Shown piece by piece: positions 45,267 to 55,565 of a stretch of 56,621 nt of DNA. Within the stretch, counting starts at the first letter, position 1, and each line of letters starts with the position of its first letter. The notes under the pieces are model-generated. The model was given only the letters and a program-made list of their open reading frames with translations, searched no databases and was not told the origin of the DNA. This DNA is from Candidatus Saccharimonadales bacterium (GTDB lineage Bacteria > Patescibacteriota > Saccharimonadia > Saccharimonadales > JACDFO01): contig JBBSLJ010000005.1 of the NCBI GenBank assembly GCA_038255465.1, positions 1-56,621 on the forward strand, given 5' to 3'. The position numbers were made by a program, and so were the translations under genes.

Positions 45267-48200
45267 ATGAGGAATATAAAGAAGCGGCTGGATGCCCATG
45301 GCGCCAACCAATTGGGACGCAAGACTAAAAATACCTTCGTTACTAAAAGCGGTCAGGCTGTCAAGATTAATCGAACATTGGGTGAAAAGCTAAAAGCACG
45401 CAAAGAGCACCATGCGCGTCGTCGTGCAGAACGTTTAGCTGGTATGCCTAAAAACCCGGTCAAACGATTCTTTTATCGTATGCATCCTAAGCGCTTATAT
45501 AAGTATTGGTTCAGCCGCGAAGGCGGTATCATGGCGCTCAAGATTACCGGCATAGGTATTGTTGCTGGTTTTCTTCTTATGATTGGCGTATTTGCTTACT
45601 TTAGAAAGGATCTACCAAACCTCCGTGATATTAGCGGTAATAATATTGGTGGTAGCATTCGGTATTACGATAAAACCGGTGACACATTGTTATGGGAAGA
45701 TTATGACGCCGTAAAACGTATCCCTGTCAAAGATGACGAAATCAACAAATTCGTAGAAGACGCTACCATAGCCATCGAAGATAAAGACTTCTTTAAGCAT
45801 GGCGGTTTTGATGTACGTGGCATTTCCAGGGCTGCATTTACCAACATAGTGGGCGAGGGCGATACACGCCAAGGTGGCTCTACTATTACGCAGCAGCTCG
45901 TACGCTTAACCCAAGAAGGCGTTAGCCGTGAACAAACATATACACGTAAGGTTAAAGAGCTCATTCTTTCTATTGAGCTTGAGCGAACGTATTCTAAACA
46001 AGAAATTTTAACGGGCTACTTAAACACGGCACCATACGGCAACGTACAATACGGGGTCGAGGCAGCAATGCGCGATTACTTCCATAAATCTGCAAAAGAT
46101 ATAACCCTTGATGAAGCAGCCTTTTTAGCTGCCATACCTAAATCGCCATCATTTTACTCCCCATACGGTCCGGATTTTGACCCTCAGGCACTGGTAGGTC
46201 GCCAGCACTACGTTCTGGATCTGATGGAACAGCAAGGAATGATTACCAGCGAGCAACGTGACCAGGCTAAAAAAGTCGATACAGTAGCCAGTGTAAAAGA
46301 AGTAAAGCCAAAATATGAAGGCATTACAGCGCCATGGTTTGTACTCGCAGCCAAAGAAGAATTAGAACGTAAGCATTGCGCTGAATCAACCTGCCGCGGT
46401 GGATGGAAAGTTACTACTTCCCTTGACCTAAATCTGCAACGCCTTGCAGAAGAACAAGTAACCAAAGGCTTGGTTCAAGTACGAAGACAAGGCGGTGATG
46501 TCGCGGCTTTTGTTGCCGAAGACGTTAAAACCGGGCAAGTCGTGGCCCTTGTTGGGGGAGCAGACTTTGCTAATCCGGAGCACGGCCAAAACAACTATGC
46601 ACGATATAAGCTACCTCCCGGCTCAAGCGTTAAACCTTATGACTATTTATCATTGATGGAGCACACCGAAAACGTTGGCGCGGGAACCGTGTTATACGAC
46701 ACACAGGGAACGTTGGATGGTTGGCCTTGCAAAGATAAGTCACGACCCTCCAAAACCGGCGATAACAGTCAGAAGTGTCTCTGGGATTTCGACTTCCGTT
46801 TTCCTGGCCCGGTTACACTGCGTTACGCACTTGGTGGTTCCAGAAACGTGCCGGCTGTAAAGGCAATGCTCATTGCAGGCATTGATAAGACTATTGAAAC
46901 GTCCAATAAACTCATGGGTGATACTGAAGACGGTTATGGCTGCTACACAAACGACAGCCTAAGCGAGCGCGGTCCCTGCTATGCATCTGCGGCGATCGGT
47001 GACGGTGCCTATTTACAACTTGATGAGCATGTCCACGGATATAGCTCGATTTCGCGGAACGGTCTAGTACTGCCAATGACGTACATTCTGAAAATCCAGG
47101 ACGCCAACGACAAGCTACTTAAGGAATGGAAGCTAGAAAAAGGCGAGCAGGTTGTACGTGAAGATAGCGCCTATATAACGACAGATATGATGCAGGATCC
47201 AAATGCTAGCTACATCAGCGGCCGCAAGCCTCATCGATACCGTGGGAACCAGGGAGAATGGAAATTTGCGCTTAAAACCGGAACAACTAACGACGCTAAA
47301 GATGGTTGGTTAATGGGCTTCTCCTCCCAGTATTCAGCCGGGGTATGGGTTGGATACCATAACCGCCAAAGAGAAATGTCAGGATTTATGGAAAATATGA
47401 CCAGACCAATTTGGGAAGGTTGGATGCAAGGTGCGCACAAGGATCTAAAACCAGAAGACTGGAAAAAGCCTGCGGGTGTGCAATCATTGCCAGCCTATGT
47501 GGTTCGTTCTCATGTTGGCCTCGGCTCAGTTGAACCAAGCCCTACTAATGATTTGTTCCCGAGTTGGTACAAAAAGAAAGGCGCTGCAAGTAACGAAAAG
47601 CGTACCATTGACATCGTATCCAATAAGCTTGCCACCGACTGTACGCCACCGCGTGCCAAGAAAGAGACCAGTGACGCTGCCGCCAATCAATTCAGCTTTG
47701 ACAGATTTGTCGATTCGGGCCAAGCCGCAAACACTTCAGAAAAAGATGATGTACACAAGTGCGATGACCTTAAACCGAGCGTAAGGTTAATCATCACACC
47801 TGCTGGCGGCAACAGCTACACATTAAGTGCCGACGTAACGGCTGGTACGCATCCGCTTTCTAGTGGACAATTCCCTGGTTCCGTTAACTTTAAGATCGAC
47901 GGCCAAACGTTGCCTGGTGGTTCCGTTGGTGTGACTAATTCCGGTGTCGTAAGCATAAACTACACGGCTGACTTTAGTGGAGACAAAACAGTTACCGTAG
48001 AACTAGTTGACAGCGTATTATATGACGCCACTGATACAGGCACGATTACAGGTTCAGGAGGTGGTGGCGGAGCTAGCCTTACAATAGTAAGTGCTAAGAA
48101 GAGCTTACCAAATACAGTATTTACTTGGTCAAATAACAATGGCAAGGTATCTGTTTACAGAGCCTCAGACAATCTTAAATTATGCGACGGTTCGAATGGT

Positions 48201-48305
48201 AACGATACAGATTGCGGCGTAGCTTTTGCACAAGCAGATACAGGTATTGCAGTTTACGCCAAAGATAATAGCAGTACATCGCCTACGGTCACGGTTACAA
48301 ATTAA
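45267..48305 (+). CDS. class A penicillin-binding protein (transglycosylase-transpeptidase) with a C-terminal extension
   Basis: EDKDF, GGSTITQQL, RKVKE, YLNTAPYG; transpeptidase SSVK, SRN, KTG. Confidence 0.95.
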   Translation: MRNIKKRLDAHGANQLGRKTKNTFVTKSGQAVKINRTLGEKLKARKEHHARRRAERLAGMPKNPVKRFFYRMHPKRLYKYWFSREGGIMALKITGIGIVAGFLLMIGVFAYFRKDLPNLRDISGNNIGGSIRYYDKTGDTLLWEDYDAVKRIPVKDDEINKFVEDATIAIEDKDFFKHGGFDVRGISRAAFTNIVGEGDTRQGGSTITQQLVRLTQEGVSREQTYTRKVKELILSIELERTYSKQEILTGYLNTAPYGNVQYGVEAAMRDYFHKSAKDITLDEAAFLAAIPKSPSFYSPYGPDFDPQALVGRQHYVLDLMEQQGMITSEQRDQAKKVDTVASVKEVKPKYEGITAPWFVLAAKEELERKHCAESTCRGGWKVTTSLDLNLQRLAEEQVTKGLVQVRRQGGDVAAFVAEDVKTGQVVALVGGADFANPEHGQNNYARYKLPPGSSVKPYDYLSLMEHTENVGAGTVLYDTQGTLDGWPCKDKSRPSKTGDNSQKCLWDFDFRFPGPVTLRYALGGSRNVPAVKAMLIAGIDKTIETSNKLMGDTEDGYGCYTNDSLSERGPCYASAAIGDGAYLQLDEHVHGYSSISRNGLVLPMTYILKIQDANDKLLKEWKLEKGEQVVREDSAYITTDMMQDPNASYISGRKPHRYRGNQGEWKFALKTGTTNDAKDGWLMGFSSQYSAGVWVGYHNRQREMSGFMENMTRPIWEGWMQGAHKDLKPEDWKKPAGVQSLPAYVVRSHVGLGSVEPSPTNDLFPSWYKKKGAASNEKRTIDIVSNKLATDCTPPRAKKETSDAAANQFSFDRFVDSGQAANTSEKDDVHKCDDLKPSVRLIITPAGGNSYTLSADVTAGTHPLSSGQFPGSVNFKIDGQTLPGGSVGVTNSGVVSINYTADFSGDKTVTVELVDSVLYDATDTGTITGSGGGGGASLTIVSAKKSLPNTVFTWSNNNGKVSVYRASDNLKLCDGSNGNDTDCGVAFAQADTGIAVYAKDNSSTSPTVTVTN

Positions 48306-48306
48306 A

Positions 48307-49656
48307 TTACTGTTCTTCAAGAAATGAGTTCAAAGCTGAGCGGACGTCAGTTAGACCATAATACGATGACGGTTTTTTATTCCCTTTAATAATCGGCCCG
48401 ATTGCACCATCAAAACCCAGTTTTTTTGCTTCAGCTAATCGTTTCTCTATAAATGGCACATGACGAATTTCACCCGAGAGTCCAACTTCTCCAAACACTA
48501 CTGCATTCTTCTTTAGTTGTAGGCCTTTTGATGCACTAGCAATTGCCATGATGACGGCAAGATCAGCAGCTGGTTCGCTCAAGCGTATGCCCCCGACAAT
48601 ATTTACATAAATATCCTGATCTGCAAGATTAAGCTTTGTCCGGCGTTCAAGCATTGCGACTAACAAATTAACCCTATTAAGATCTAAACCGCTTGCAGCC
48701 CTCTTGGGGTAACCGTAGCTGGTACGATTAACTAATGCCTGTACCTCGACAAGCAGCGGACGCGTTCCTTCCATGGTCGCGAGCACAATTGAACCATCGC
48801 TTATTTGTCGCTCTGCCAACAAGGCTGCAGATGGGTTTTCAACCGGTTTAAGTCCTTCGTCCTTCATTTCAAAAATACCGGCTTCATTGGTAGAACCGTA
48901 CCTGTTTTTAATTGCCCGGAGGACCTTAAAACCACCATACCTGTCGCCCTCAAGCTGCAGCACAACATCTACCACATGCTCTAACACCTTTGGACCAGCA
49001 ATTGAACCTTCCTTGGTAACGTGCCCAACGAGCAATAAGGCCGTGTTGGCTCGCTTTGAAGCAGCCGTGAGCAGTTGTGTACTATTAGTAATCTGGCTGA
49101 CATTACCAGCAGCTGACGCAACGGCCGCACAGGCTATGGTCTGGATTGAATCAACAACTACTAATTTGTATTGTCCGCCGGCAATTGTCGCGGCAATATC
49201 ATCTGCACTTGTGCTGGTTGCCAGCAGTAGTTTAGCGCTCGTTGTGCCGAGCCTTTTGGCGCGCAAACCAATTTGATGGGCTGATTCCTCGCCGCTGACA
49301 TACAAAACCGGATAGTTTTTAGAAAGTTCATATGCAAGCTGTAAAAGCAGTGTGCTTTTTCCGATGCCAGGCTGGCCGGCGATTAAGGTAACACTTCCGG
49401 CAACGATTCCGCCGCCAAGTACGTTGTCGACTTCGTTCACGCCGGTAGACAAACGTTTATGGTCAGTAGCAAGCGATGATAAAACGCTTTGAGTTTGAAG
49501 AGTCGTACCGTCAGAACCGGCGCGAGTTAGTGATGAAGTCGTTAACTGCTCTTCTAGCGTGTTCCATTCGCCACACGAATAACACTTGCCGCTCCAGGTA
49601 GAACTGGATGCGCCACAGCTGCTGCACACGTACTGAACACTCCCCTTTTTTGCCAT
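48307..49656 (-). CDS. radA: DNA repair protein RadA/Sms
   Basis: N-terminal CSSC...CYSC, GQPGIGKST, DSIQ, KNRYG, Lon-like C-terminus. Confidence 0.98.
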   Translation of the reverse strand: MAKKGSVQYVCSSCGASSSTWSGKCYSCGEWNTLEEQLTTSSLTRAGSDGTTLQTQSVLSSLATDHKRLSTGVNEVDNVLGGGIVAGSVTLIAGQPGIGKSTLLLQLAYELSKNYPVLYVSGEESAHQIGLRAKRLGTTSAKLLLATSTSADDIAATIAGGQYKLVVVDSIQTIACAAVASAAGNVSQITNSTQLLTAASKRANTALLLVGHVTKEGSIAGPKVLEHVVDVVLQLEGDRYGGFKVLRAIKNRYGSTNEAGIFEMKDEGLKPVENPSAALLAERQISDGSIVLATMEGTRPLLVEVQALVNRTSYGYPKRAASGLDLNRVNLLVAMLERRTKLNLADQDIYVNIVGGIRLSEPAADLAVIMAIASASKGLQLKKNAVVFGEVGLSGEIRHVPFIEKRLAEAKKLGFDGAIGPIIKGNKKPSSYYGLTDVRSALNSFLEEQ

Positions 49657-49673
49657 AAAACTAGTGTACCACC

Positions 49674-50636
49674 TTATTGCTGGTCAATTGTCTCGGGACG
49701 GCTGTCTATTGCTTTTATAAGTTCTTTTTCTTCAACTACAACCTGATTATATTCAATAACTAGCGCGTTATGCCGGTCAATTAGCGCATAAGACTGTTGC
49801 ACCTGGGCATTATAACGCTGCACTTTGGCATTATAGGCTCGTACGCGGGCATTAAAGCTGTCAGGATCTGCTCCGGATCGCTGGGCCTCCAGGGCTGCAT
49901 ATTCAGACTCCAGTTCGGCGCGTGTATTAGCGAGCGATTGGTCGAGTATTTGAATCTGTTGTTTTACGGTTTCAATCTGATTCTGTAACTGCTCGGCTTT
50001 TGTTTTTCGCTCGGAAAATGTTTGCTCATATTGTTCAGAAAACGCTACTACAGCCGTGCGGTCTTTAAAGTAACGCGAGTAATATGCCTCAAGCTCTGCG
50101 GGTAATTCACGTACCTCCGTAGCCAATATAGAATGCTGTTCATTCTGAACTATACTCGGATCACGTTTGCGATAAGCCTCGACTGTGTCCTTAATACGTT
50201 GATTTTCAAGCGATGAAAAAGTCTGGCTGACTAACTGGTCAATTTTTGCTTGTTCTTTACTGCTTAAGCGGTCATAGGCTGCATGCAGGACTTCATGCGC
50301 GGCAGTTACTTCATGGATTCCCTTAAGTCGCTCATCTGTCACATTAAAAATGTAGATGCCACGATTACTTACGTAGCAGCCTAGCACGATACTTTGCTCG
50401 CTGAATTCACAGCTTTGGTTAAAAGCTTCGCGATCCTGCAGCGCAGCATGATATACATACAGTAAGTGTTTGCCCTCGTCAGTTAGGGTTGTTCTATCCG
50501 CGATCTGAACAATTTCCTGCGACGGCGTATAGTTTCGAAGTCGCCACCAATCAAATATCGCCTGCCGCTCAACAAAAGCCACGGCCGGTATTGCAAGAAT
50601 CGCCAGGGAAACTAGTAAAGTAGCAAGCTTCTTCAT
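49674..50636 (-). CDS. membrane-anchored protein with an HExxH motif and a C-terminal coiled coil
   Basis: N-terminal signal/TM; TAAHEVLHAAY; heptad-rich C-terminus. Confidence 0.7.
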   Translation of the reverse strand: MKKLATLLVSLAILAIPAVAFVERQAIFDWWRLRNYTPSQEIVQIADRTTLTDEGKHLLYVYHAALQDREAFNQSCEFSEQSIVLGCYVSNRGIYIFNVTDERLKGIHEVTAAHEVLHAAYDRLSSKEQAKIDQLVSQTFSSLENQRIKDTVEAYRKRDPSIVQNEQHSILATEVRELPAELEAYYSRYFKDRTAVVAFSEQYEQTFSERKTKAEQLQNQIETVKQQIQILDQSLANTRAELESEYAALEAQRSGADPDSFNARVRAYNAKVQRYNAQVQQSYALIDRHNALVIEYNQVVVEEKELIKAIDSRPETIDQQ

Positions 50637-50657
50637 TACGGTAACGCTAGTGTAGCA

Positions 50658-53135
50658 TTATTCTCCAGCGACAGCGTACGTTAACTCATTCTTCTTTGTG
50701 CCTACCTGCACGGTTAGTCCTTTTTCGTAGGCATCGCTTAAGAGTTCAACAGCAATATGGTCTTCTAGCGTATCCTGAATTAATCTGCGCAAAGGACGCA
50801 CGCCGTTATGTGCGTCATAACCCTTATCTAGCAAATGCTGCTTCGCAAGGCTACTTACTTGTAGTGTAAGCCCGTGTTTAACCAAGCGCTCTCTGAGTTC
50901 GTCGAGCTGTAAGTCTAAAATTCTTAAAACATCTTTTTTAGTTAGGGCCCTAAATACAATAACTTTGTCGATGCGGTTTAAGAGCTCTGGACGCATCATT
51001 TTCTTCAGCTCATCCCGAACTTTATCGCTATTTCGGGCGTGCAGTACGTCCAGATCTTTAAAATCATCCCTGTCAGTCGCATGGAATCCAAGATTCGCTT
51101 CTTTTTGCAGCTTATCGGCACCAAGGTTACTGGTCATAATGATAATAGTATTTGTAAAGTCGATTTTGCGTCCCTTGCCGTCAGTCAAAGCGCCGTCTTC
51201 CAGAACTTGAAGCAGCATATTAAATACGTCAGGATGGGCTTTTTCAATCTCGTCAAACAAGACCAAGCTGTAAGGCTGTCTTCGGATCTTATCAGTTAAC
51301 TGACCGCCGTCATCATAACCAACATAGCCAGCCGGAGCGCCAACCAAACGCGAAGCATTATGGCTCTCGCTAAACTCACTCATGTCAATCTTAACCAGTG
51401 CTTCGTCAGATCCAAAGAATTCTCTTGCAAGCACGCGAGCCAGCTCTGTTTTACCAACACCAGTCGGGCCAAGAAATATAAATGAACCGATTGGACGTTT
51501 ACCGCTGCCAATACCAACGCGGTTGCGGCGGACTGCTTTAGACACAGCTACAACCGCCTCATCCTGGCCAATTACGTACTTACTCAGTGTTTTTTCAAGA
51601 TTCAGTAAATATTTTGCTTCTGAACGAATAACTTTCTTAACGGGGACTCCAGTCATTCGCGCAACCACCTCGGCAATATCATCGCTTTGCATTGTTAGTT
51701 TATTGGCCAGTTTACCGCCTGATTGCAGTTTAGAAAGCTCTTCATTTATTTGCGAAGCACGTTGCTTTTCTTTGGCAGCTCGCTCGTAATCTTCGCTATC
51801 TACAGCATCTTCAATTCTAGTATTGACTAACTTTAGCTCTTTTTGCAGTTCGCGCACGTGTGGTGGTGTTTTGCCTTTGTCTACGCGCAGGTGTGCAGCC
51901 GTCTCGTCTAGCAAATCAATAGCTTTATCGGGCATAAAACGATCGTTTATATAACGCTTAGCAAGCAGTACTGTGTCATCAATTACTTCATCACTTATTT
52001 TAACGTTATGAAAATCCTCATAATGCTTGCGTAGTCCTTTTAGAATAGCCAGTGTTTCGGCCGGTGTTGCTTCTGGCACCTGAATTGGTTGGAAACGTCG
52101 TTCTAAAGCAGCGTCTTTTTCGATGTGCTTTGTATACTCCTGGGTTGTTGTAGCTCCGATTACCTGAATTTTGCGGCGAGCTAGAGCTGGTTTAAGAATA
52201 TTGCCAGCGTCCATAGCGCCTTCGGCGGCACCGGCGCCAACAATTAAATGCAGTTCGTCAATAAACACAATTGTCTTTTTGTCATTTTCAAGCTCGGTCA
52301 TAACTTTTTTAAGTCGTTCTTCGAATTCGCCACGATACTTCGTTCCGGCAATCATACCCGCTAAATCAAGCATAACAATGCGCTTGTCTAGCAGGCTATC
52401 GGGAACATCTTCAGTGACAATACGTTGCGCGAGCCCTTCAACGATCGCCGTCTTACCCACACCTGGCTCACCAATAATTACAGGATTATTTTTATTTCGT
52501 CTGTTTAAAATAGTGATCACGCGCCTTATTTGTGTCTCGCGTCCAACAACAGGGTCAAGCTTTCCCTGACGAGCCTGCTGTGTTAAATCGGTGCCAAAAA
52601 AATCAAGCGCTGTCTTTTTCTGACGCTTAGTTCGACGAGTTTTGCTCTCTGCAGCGGCGTCATCGCTATATTGTTGACGGTTAAGAAACTGCTCAAGCTC
52701 ACTAACCAGGCTATCAACATCAACATTCATATCCCGAAGCAAAATAGTTGCCCGGGCATTTTTCTGACTCAAAATACTATACAAAATATGTTCGGTTCCA
52801 CAATAGTCCTGGGTAAAGTCCTGCGCGACATCATAGGCCATTTTAAGCGTCAGCTTAGCCGTTTCACTTAAACCCTTTGCGCCCATATTGATAACTAATG
52901 TTTTAGGCGTTAAGTTAAGCGCGAGACGCGCTTTATCAAGCGTTACCCCAGCACCTTCTAATATCTTAGAGCCCATACTTGTGTCTTGTGCGAGCACACC
53001 AAGCAACAAGTGCTCAGTACCCACATAAGCACTTCCAAAACTACGTGCAATTGCATCTGCATGCTTTAAGCTCTGCAACGCATTGTCAGTTAAGTGGTTC
53101 AAAAATTCTTGAAAATCAGGACTGTTTGGCATCAT
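50658..53135 (-). CDS. clpC: ClpC-type AAA+ chaperone
   Basis: Clp-N repeats, [16 protein letters not shown]-like middle domain, [19 protein letters not shown]. Confidence 0.95.
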   Translation of the reverse strand: MMPNSPDFQEFLNHLTDNALQSLKHADAIARSFGSAYVGTEHLLLGVLAQDTSMGSKILEGAGVTLDKARLALNLTPKTLVINMGAKGLSETAKLTLKMAYDVAQDFTQDYCGTEHILYSILSQKNARATILLRDMNVDVDSLVSELEQFLNRQQYSDDAAAESKTRRTKRQKKTALDFFGTDLTQQARQGKLDPVVGRETQIRRVITILNRRNKNNPVIIGEPGVGKTAIVEGLAQRIVTEDVPDSLLDKRIVMLDLAGMIAGTKYRGEFEERLKKVMTELENDKKTIVFIDELHLIVGAGAAEGAMDAGNILKPALARRKIQVIGATTTQEYTKHIEKDAALERRFQPIQVPEATPAETLAILKGLRKHYEDFHNVKISDEVIDDTVLLAKRYINDRFMPDKAIDLLDETAAHLRVDKGKTPPHVRELQKELKLVNTRIEDAVDSEDYERAAKEKQRASQINEELSKLQSGGKLANKLTMQSDDIAEVVARMTGVPVKKVIRSEAKYLLNLEKTLSKYVIGQDEAVVAVSKAVRRNRVGIGSGKRPIGSFIFLGPTGVGKTELARVLAREFFGSDEALVKIDMSEFSESHNASRLVGAPAGYVGYDDGGQLTDKIRRQPYSLVLFDEIEKAHPDVFNMLLQVLEDGALTDGKGRKIDFTNTIIIMTSNLGADKLQKEANLGFHATDRDDFKDLDVLHARNSDKVRDELKKMMRPELLNRIDKVIVFRALTKKDVLRILDLQLDELRERLVKHGLTLQVSSLAKQHLLDKGYDAHNGVRPLRRLIQDTLEDHIAVELLSDAYEKGLTVQVGTKKNELTYAVAGE

Positions 53136-53198
53136 AGTGTTTACCTACCCTATCTGTGACTTATCTTTAGTAAGATCACTGCATACATCATATCAAAT

Positions 53199-53225
53199 TT
53201 GGCACTCAACATGCAAGAGTGCTAA
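53199..53225 (-). promoter_or_regulatory. CIRCE operator (HrcA site) upstream of clpC
   Basis: TTAGCACTC-N9-GAGTGCCAA; overlaps a candidate promoter TTGCAT-N18-TATGAT (53187-53216). Confidence 0.88.
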
Positions 53226-53857
53226 TAATTATCCGGTAACTCTTTTGGCAGGTACGCATAATATGCAAGTTGCCATTCATAGTCGCCCGGTAATAATAGG
53301 GTTACTGAACTATTAGGAGTTGTGTTCTGGCGTATTTGTTCGGGCGGCCAGCCAAACCTTCTACCGAGCTCGCACCGTATTGCCATCCCGTGTGTATATA
53401 CAAAGTGACGTGCGTTCTCTTCGGGATCAATATTGGCATCAAACCAACGACCCATTCGCAAGCCGGTGTCGTTCATGGATTCGCCACCAGGCAGTTTAAA
53501 ATCTTTTAGCTGTTGTCTTAAGTCCATAATAACTGCTGGGGTATATGTTTCAGCCCTATTTTTACCTTCGAACGCTCCATGTCCCATTTCCTGAAGGTCA
53601 TCATGTACCTGAAAATCATTACTGACGCCAATTTCCGCTAAAGAATATTCTGCAGTCATCAATGTCCGTACCGCTGGCGAAACATGCACATGTGTCGGAA
53701 ATATATTTCTTTTTAATAGCTCACGGCCCAGGTTTTTTGCCTGGTCCACGCCAGTTTCTGTAAGTGGGCTTTCATTGCTGCGACCACCAATTAGATGATC
53801 ATTGTCTCTATTAAATACAGATTCGGCATGTCGGATTAAATACACTTCAGCACTCAT
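53222..53857 (-). CDS. histidine phosphatase family protein
   Basis: LIRHAES, SPLTETG, SPAVRT, LQEMGHG, YTHGMAIR. Confidence 0.9.
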   Translation of the reverse strand: MSAEVYLIRHAESVFNRDNDHLIGGRSNESPLTETGVDQAKNLGRELLKRNIFPTHVHVSPAVRTLMTAEYSLAEIGVSNDFQVHDDLQEMGHGAFEGKNRAETYTPAVIMDLRQQLKDFKLPGGESMNDTGLRMGRWFDANIDPEENARHFVYTHGMAIRCELGRRFGWPPEQIRQNTTPNSSVTLLLPGDYEWQLAYYAYLPKELPDNY

Positions 53858-53963
53858 TAAATATATTATGACATAGTAACTTATTTGTGCATAAACTTTG
53901 AGTCGTCTTGCTGCAAAAGATTAGCTATAAAATATTTATGTGATGCGACCTGGAGTGTTGGTT

Positions 53964-54245
53964 TTACGTATCAAGTACCCTGCATCTGCCGCTATCTTCT
54001 TCTATTGGCCCATTACAGTTTTCGGCGCGCTCAATAATAAGCCTGAAATCACACAATGCAATTATACAGACTGAGGCTAACTCATTTCCTATCCGTTGCC
54101 TTTGTTCTTCAAGACTATTGGGCCATTCCATCCGCTTAAAGTCCTCGCGCGGTTTGCGGCTTTTGGCTACTGCCTCAAGACGCTGATCGAAGCATGGCAA
54201 GCACGAGGCGGGGACCTTGCTTCGTAACTCGTTAGTAGTAAGCAT
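53964..54245 (-). CDS. Cys-rich hypothetical protein (93 aa) directly after nusA
   Basis: Start set at ATG 54245, 10 nt after the nusA stop; CLPC...C...C...CNGP...C. Confidence 0.6.
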   Translation of the reverse strand: MLTTNELRSKVPASCLPCFDQRLEAVAKSRKPREDFKRMEWPNSLEEQRQRIGNELASVCIIALCDFRLIIERAENCNGPIEEDSGRCRVLDT

Positions 54246-54255
54246 GTTTAAGCCC

Positions 54256-55431
54256 TTACTTCGTCTCGTCGGTGCCGTGTTCTTCAATAGCGTCAAGCAG
54301 GCTGCTTTCAAGCTGTTCCTTGCGCTTCAGCTTTTGAACAACTTTAGGCTTCTCGGCTACCTGAGGCTTTTCAACAGGTTCCGGCGTAAGTACCTTTTCC
54401 TGTTCAGCAGCAATATCAATTTCATAGCCCGAAAGCTTGCTGGCGAGGCGAACATTCTGTCCGCTTTTACCTATAGCAATGCTTAGCTGATCTTCCGGCA
54501 CGATAACTTTTGCCTTTGTATCCCTAAGCTCAACACGGGTTACTTTTGTAGGGCTTAGTGCGTTGGTAATATACGTTGCCGGATCGGCATCCCAAACTAC
54601 AATGTCGATTTTTTCCTGTTCACCTATTTCACTCATCACCGCATTAACACGGGTTCCATGGCCCCCAACAAATGTTCCAACCGGGTCAACTCCTTGCACT
54701 GTACTAGCAACTGCCAGTTTAGTGCGGACACCGGCTTCACGGGCAATACCTTTTATTTCTACGGCTCCACTTTCCATTTCGGGCACTTCGCCACGGAAAA
54801 GCCACTCGACAAACTGCGTATTGCCACGGCTTACGACTAATTGCGGACCTCGGAATCCCCGCTCAACATCTTTTAAGAAGACTTTTAGCCGTTGGCCGGG
54901 GTAATAGCGCTCTCCCTGAATTTGCTCGCTCATAGGCATAATGCCCTGTGCCTTGCCTAGATCAACACGAATAATCCGACCCTCTACGCGAGCAACTATG
55001 CCGTTAATAACGGTGCCGATCTTGTCCTCGTATTCATTCATAATAATTTCACGCTCTGCTTCGCGTAACCGTTGCAAAACAACTTGCTTTGCAGTCTGAG
55101 CTGCTACTCGGCCGAAATTTTCTATTTTTTCGTGAATTTCAATGGTGTCACCTATAGCAGCATTCTTTTTCATTACTTGAGCGTCATTAACGCTTAGTTC
55201 GAATCGTTCGTCACCGACCGTGGCAACAACTTCTTTGCTGACATAGACGTCAATTTCACCATTATTTAAATTCAGCGTGACACGCACTTCTTGCTCTCGG
55301 TCACCAAAATCACGGCGGTAGGCAGCAGCGAGCGCTTGCTCGACAACCTCTTGTACTGTCTCTTCTGGCAGGTTCTTTTCTTCGGCAATTGTTTTAACCG
55401 CTAAAACCAACTGTTTAATATCTAATTCCAT
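54256..55431 (-). CDS. nusA: transcription termination factor NusA
   Basis: FGRVAAQTAKQV, S1 domain, AREAGVRTK, KH domains, AIGKSGQNVRLAS. Confidence 0.98.
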   Translation of the reverse strand: MELDIKQLVLAVKTIAEEKNLPEETVQEVVEQALAAAYRRDFGDREQEVRVTLNLNNGEIDVYVSKEVVATVGDERFELSVNDAQVMKKNAAIGDTIEIHEKIENFGRVAAQTAKQVVLQRLREAEREIIMNEYEDKIGTVINGIVARVEGRIIRVDLGKAQGIMPMSEQIQGERYYPGQRLKVFLKDVERGFRGPQLVVSRGNTQFVEWLFRGEVPEMESGAVEIKGIAREAGVRTKLAVASTVQGVDPVGTFVGGHGTRVNAVMSEIGEQEKIDIVVWDADPATYITNALSPTKVTRVELRDTKAKVIVPEDQLSIAIGKSGQNVRLASKLSGYEIDIAAEQEKVLTPEPVEKPQVAEKPKVVQKLKRKEQLESSLLDAIEEHGTDETK

Positions 55432-55451
55432 TGTTTTGTCTCCTTTTCATC

Positions 55452-55480
55452 AAAAAATCCGACCTGTTAGCGGCCGGATT
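55452..55480 (-). terminator. terminator-like hairpin in the nusA 5' leader
   Basis: AATCCGGCC-GCTAACA-GGTCGGATT-TTTT between the promoter and the AAGGAG SD. Confidence 0.7.
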
Positions 55481-55492
55481 ACAACAATAAAC

Positions 55493-55521
55493 AGTATACG
55501 TCAGAGGCGTCATGTTGTCAA
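55493..55521 (-). promoter_or_regulatory. sigma70-type promoter for nusA
   Basis: TTGACA-N17-TATACT. Confidence 0.85.
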
Positions 55522-55565
55522 TCAAACTTCAGAAGCCGTTCAGTATATCTGTTAAAATAAGTCGA

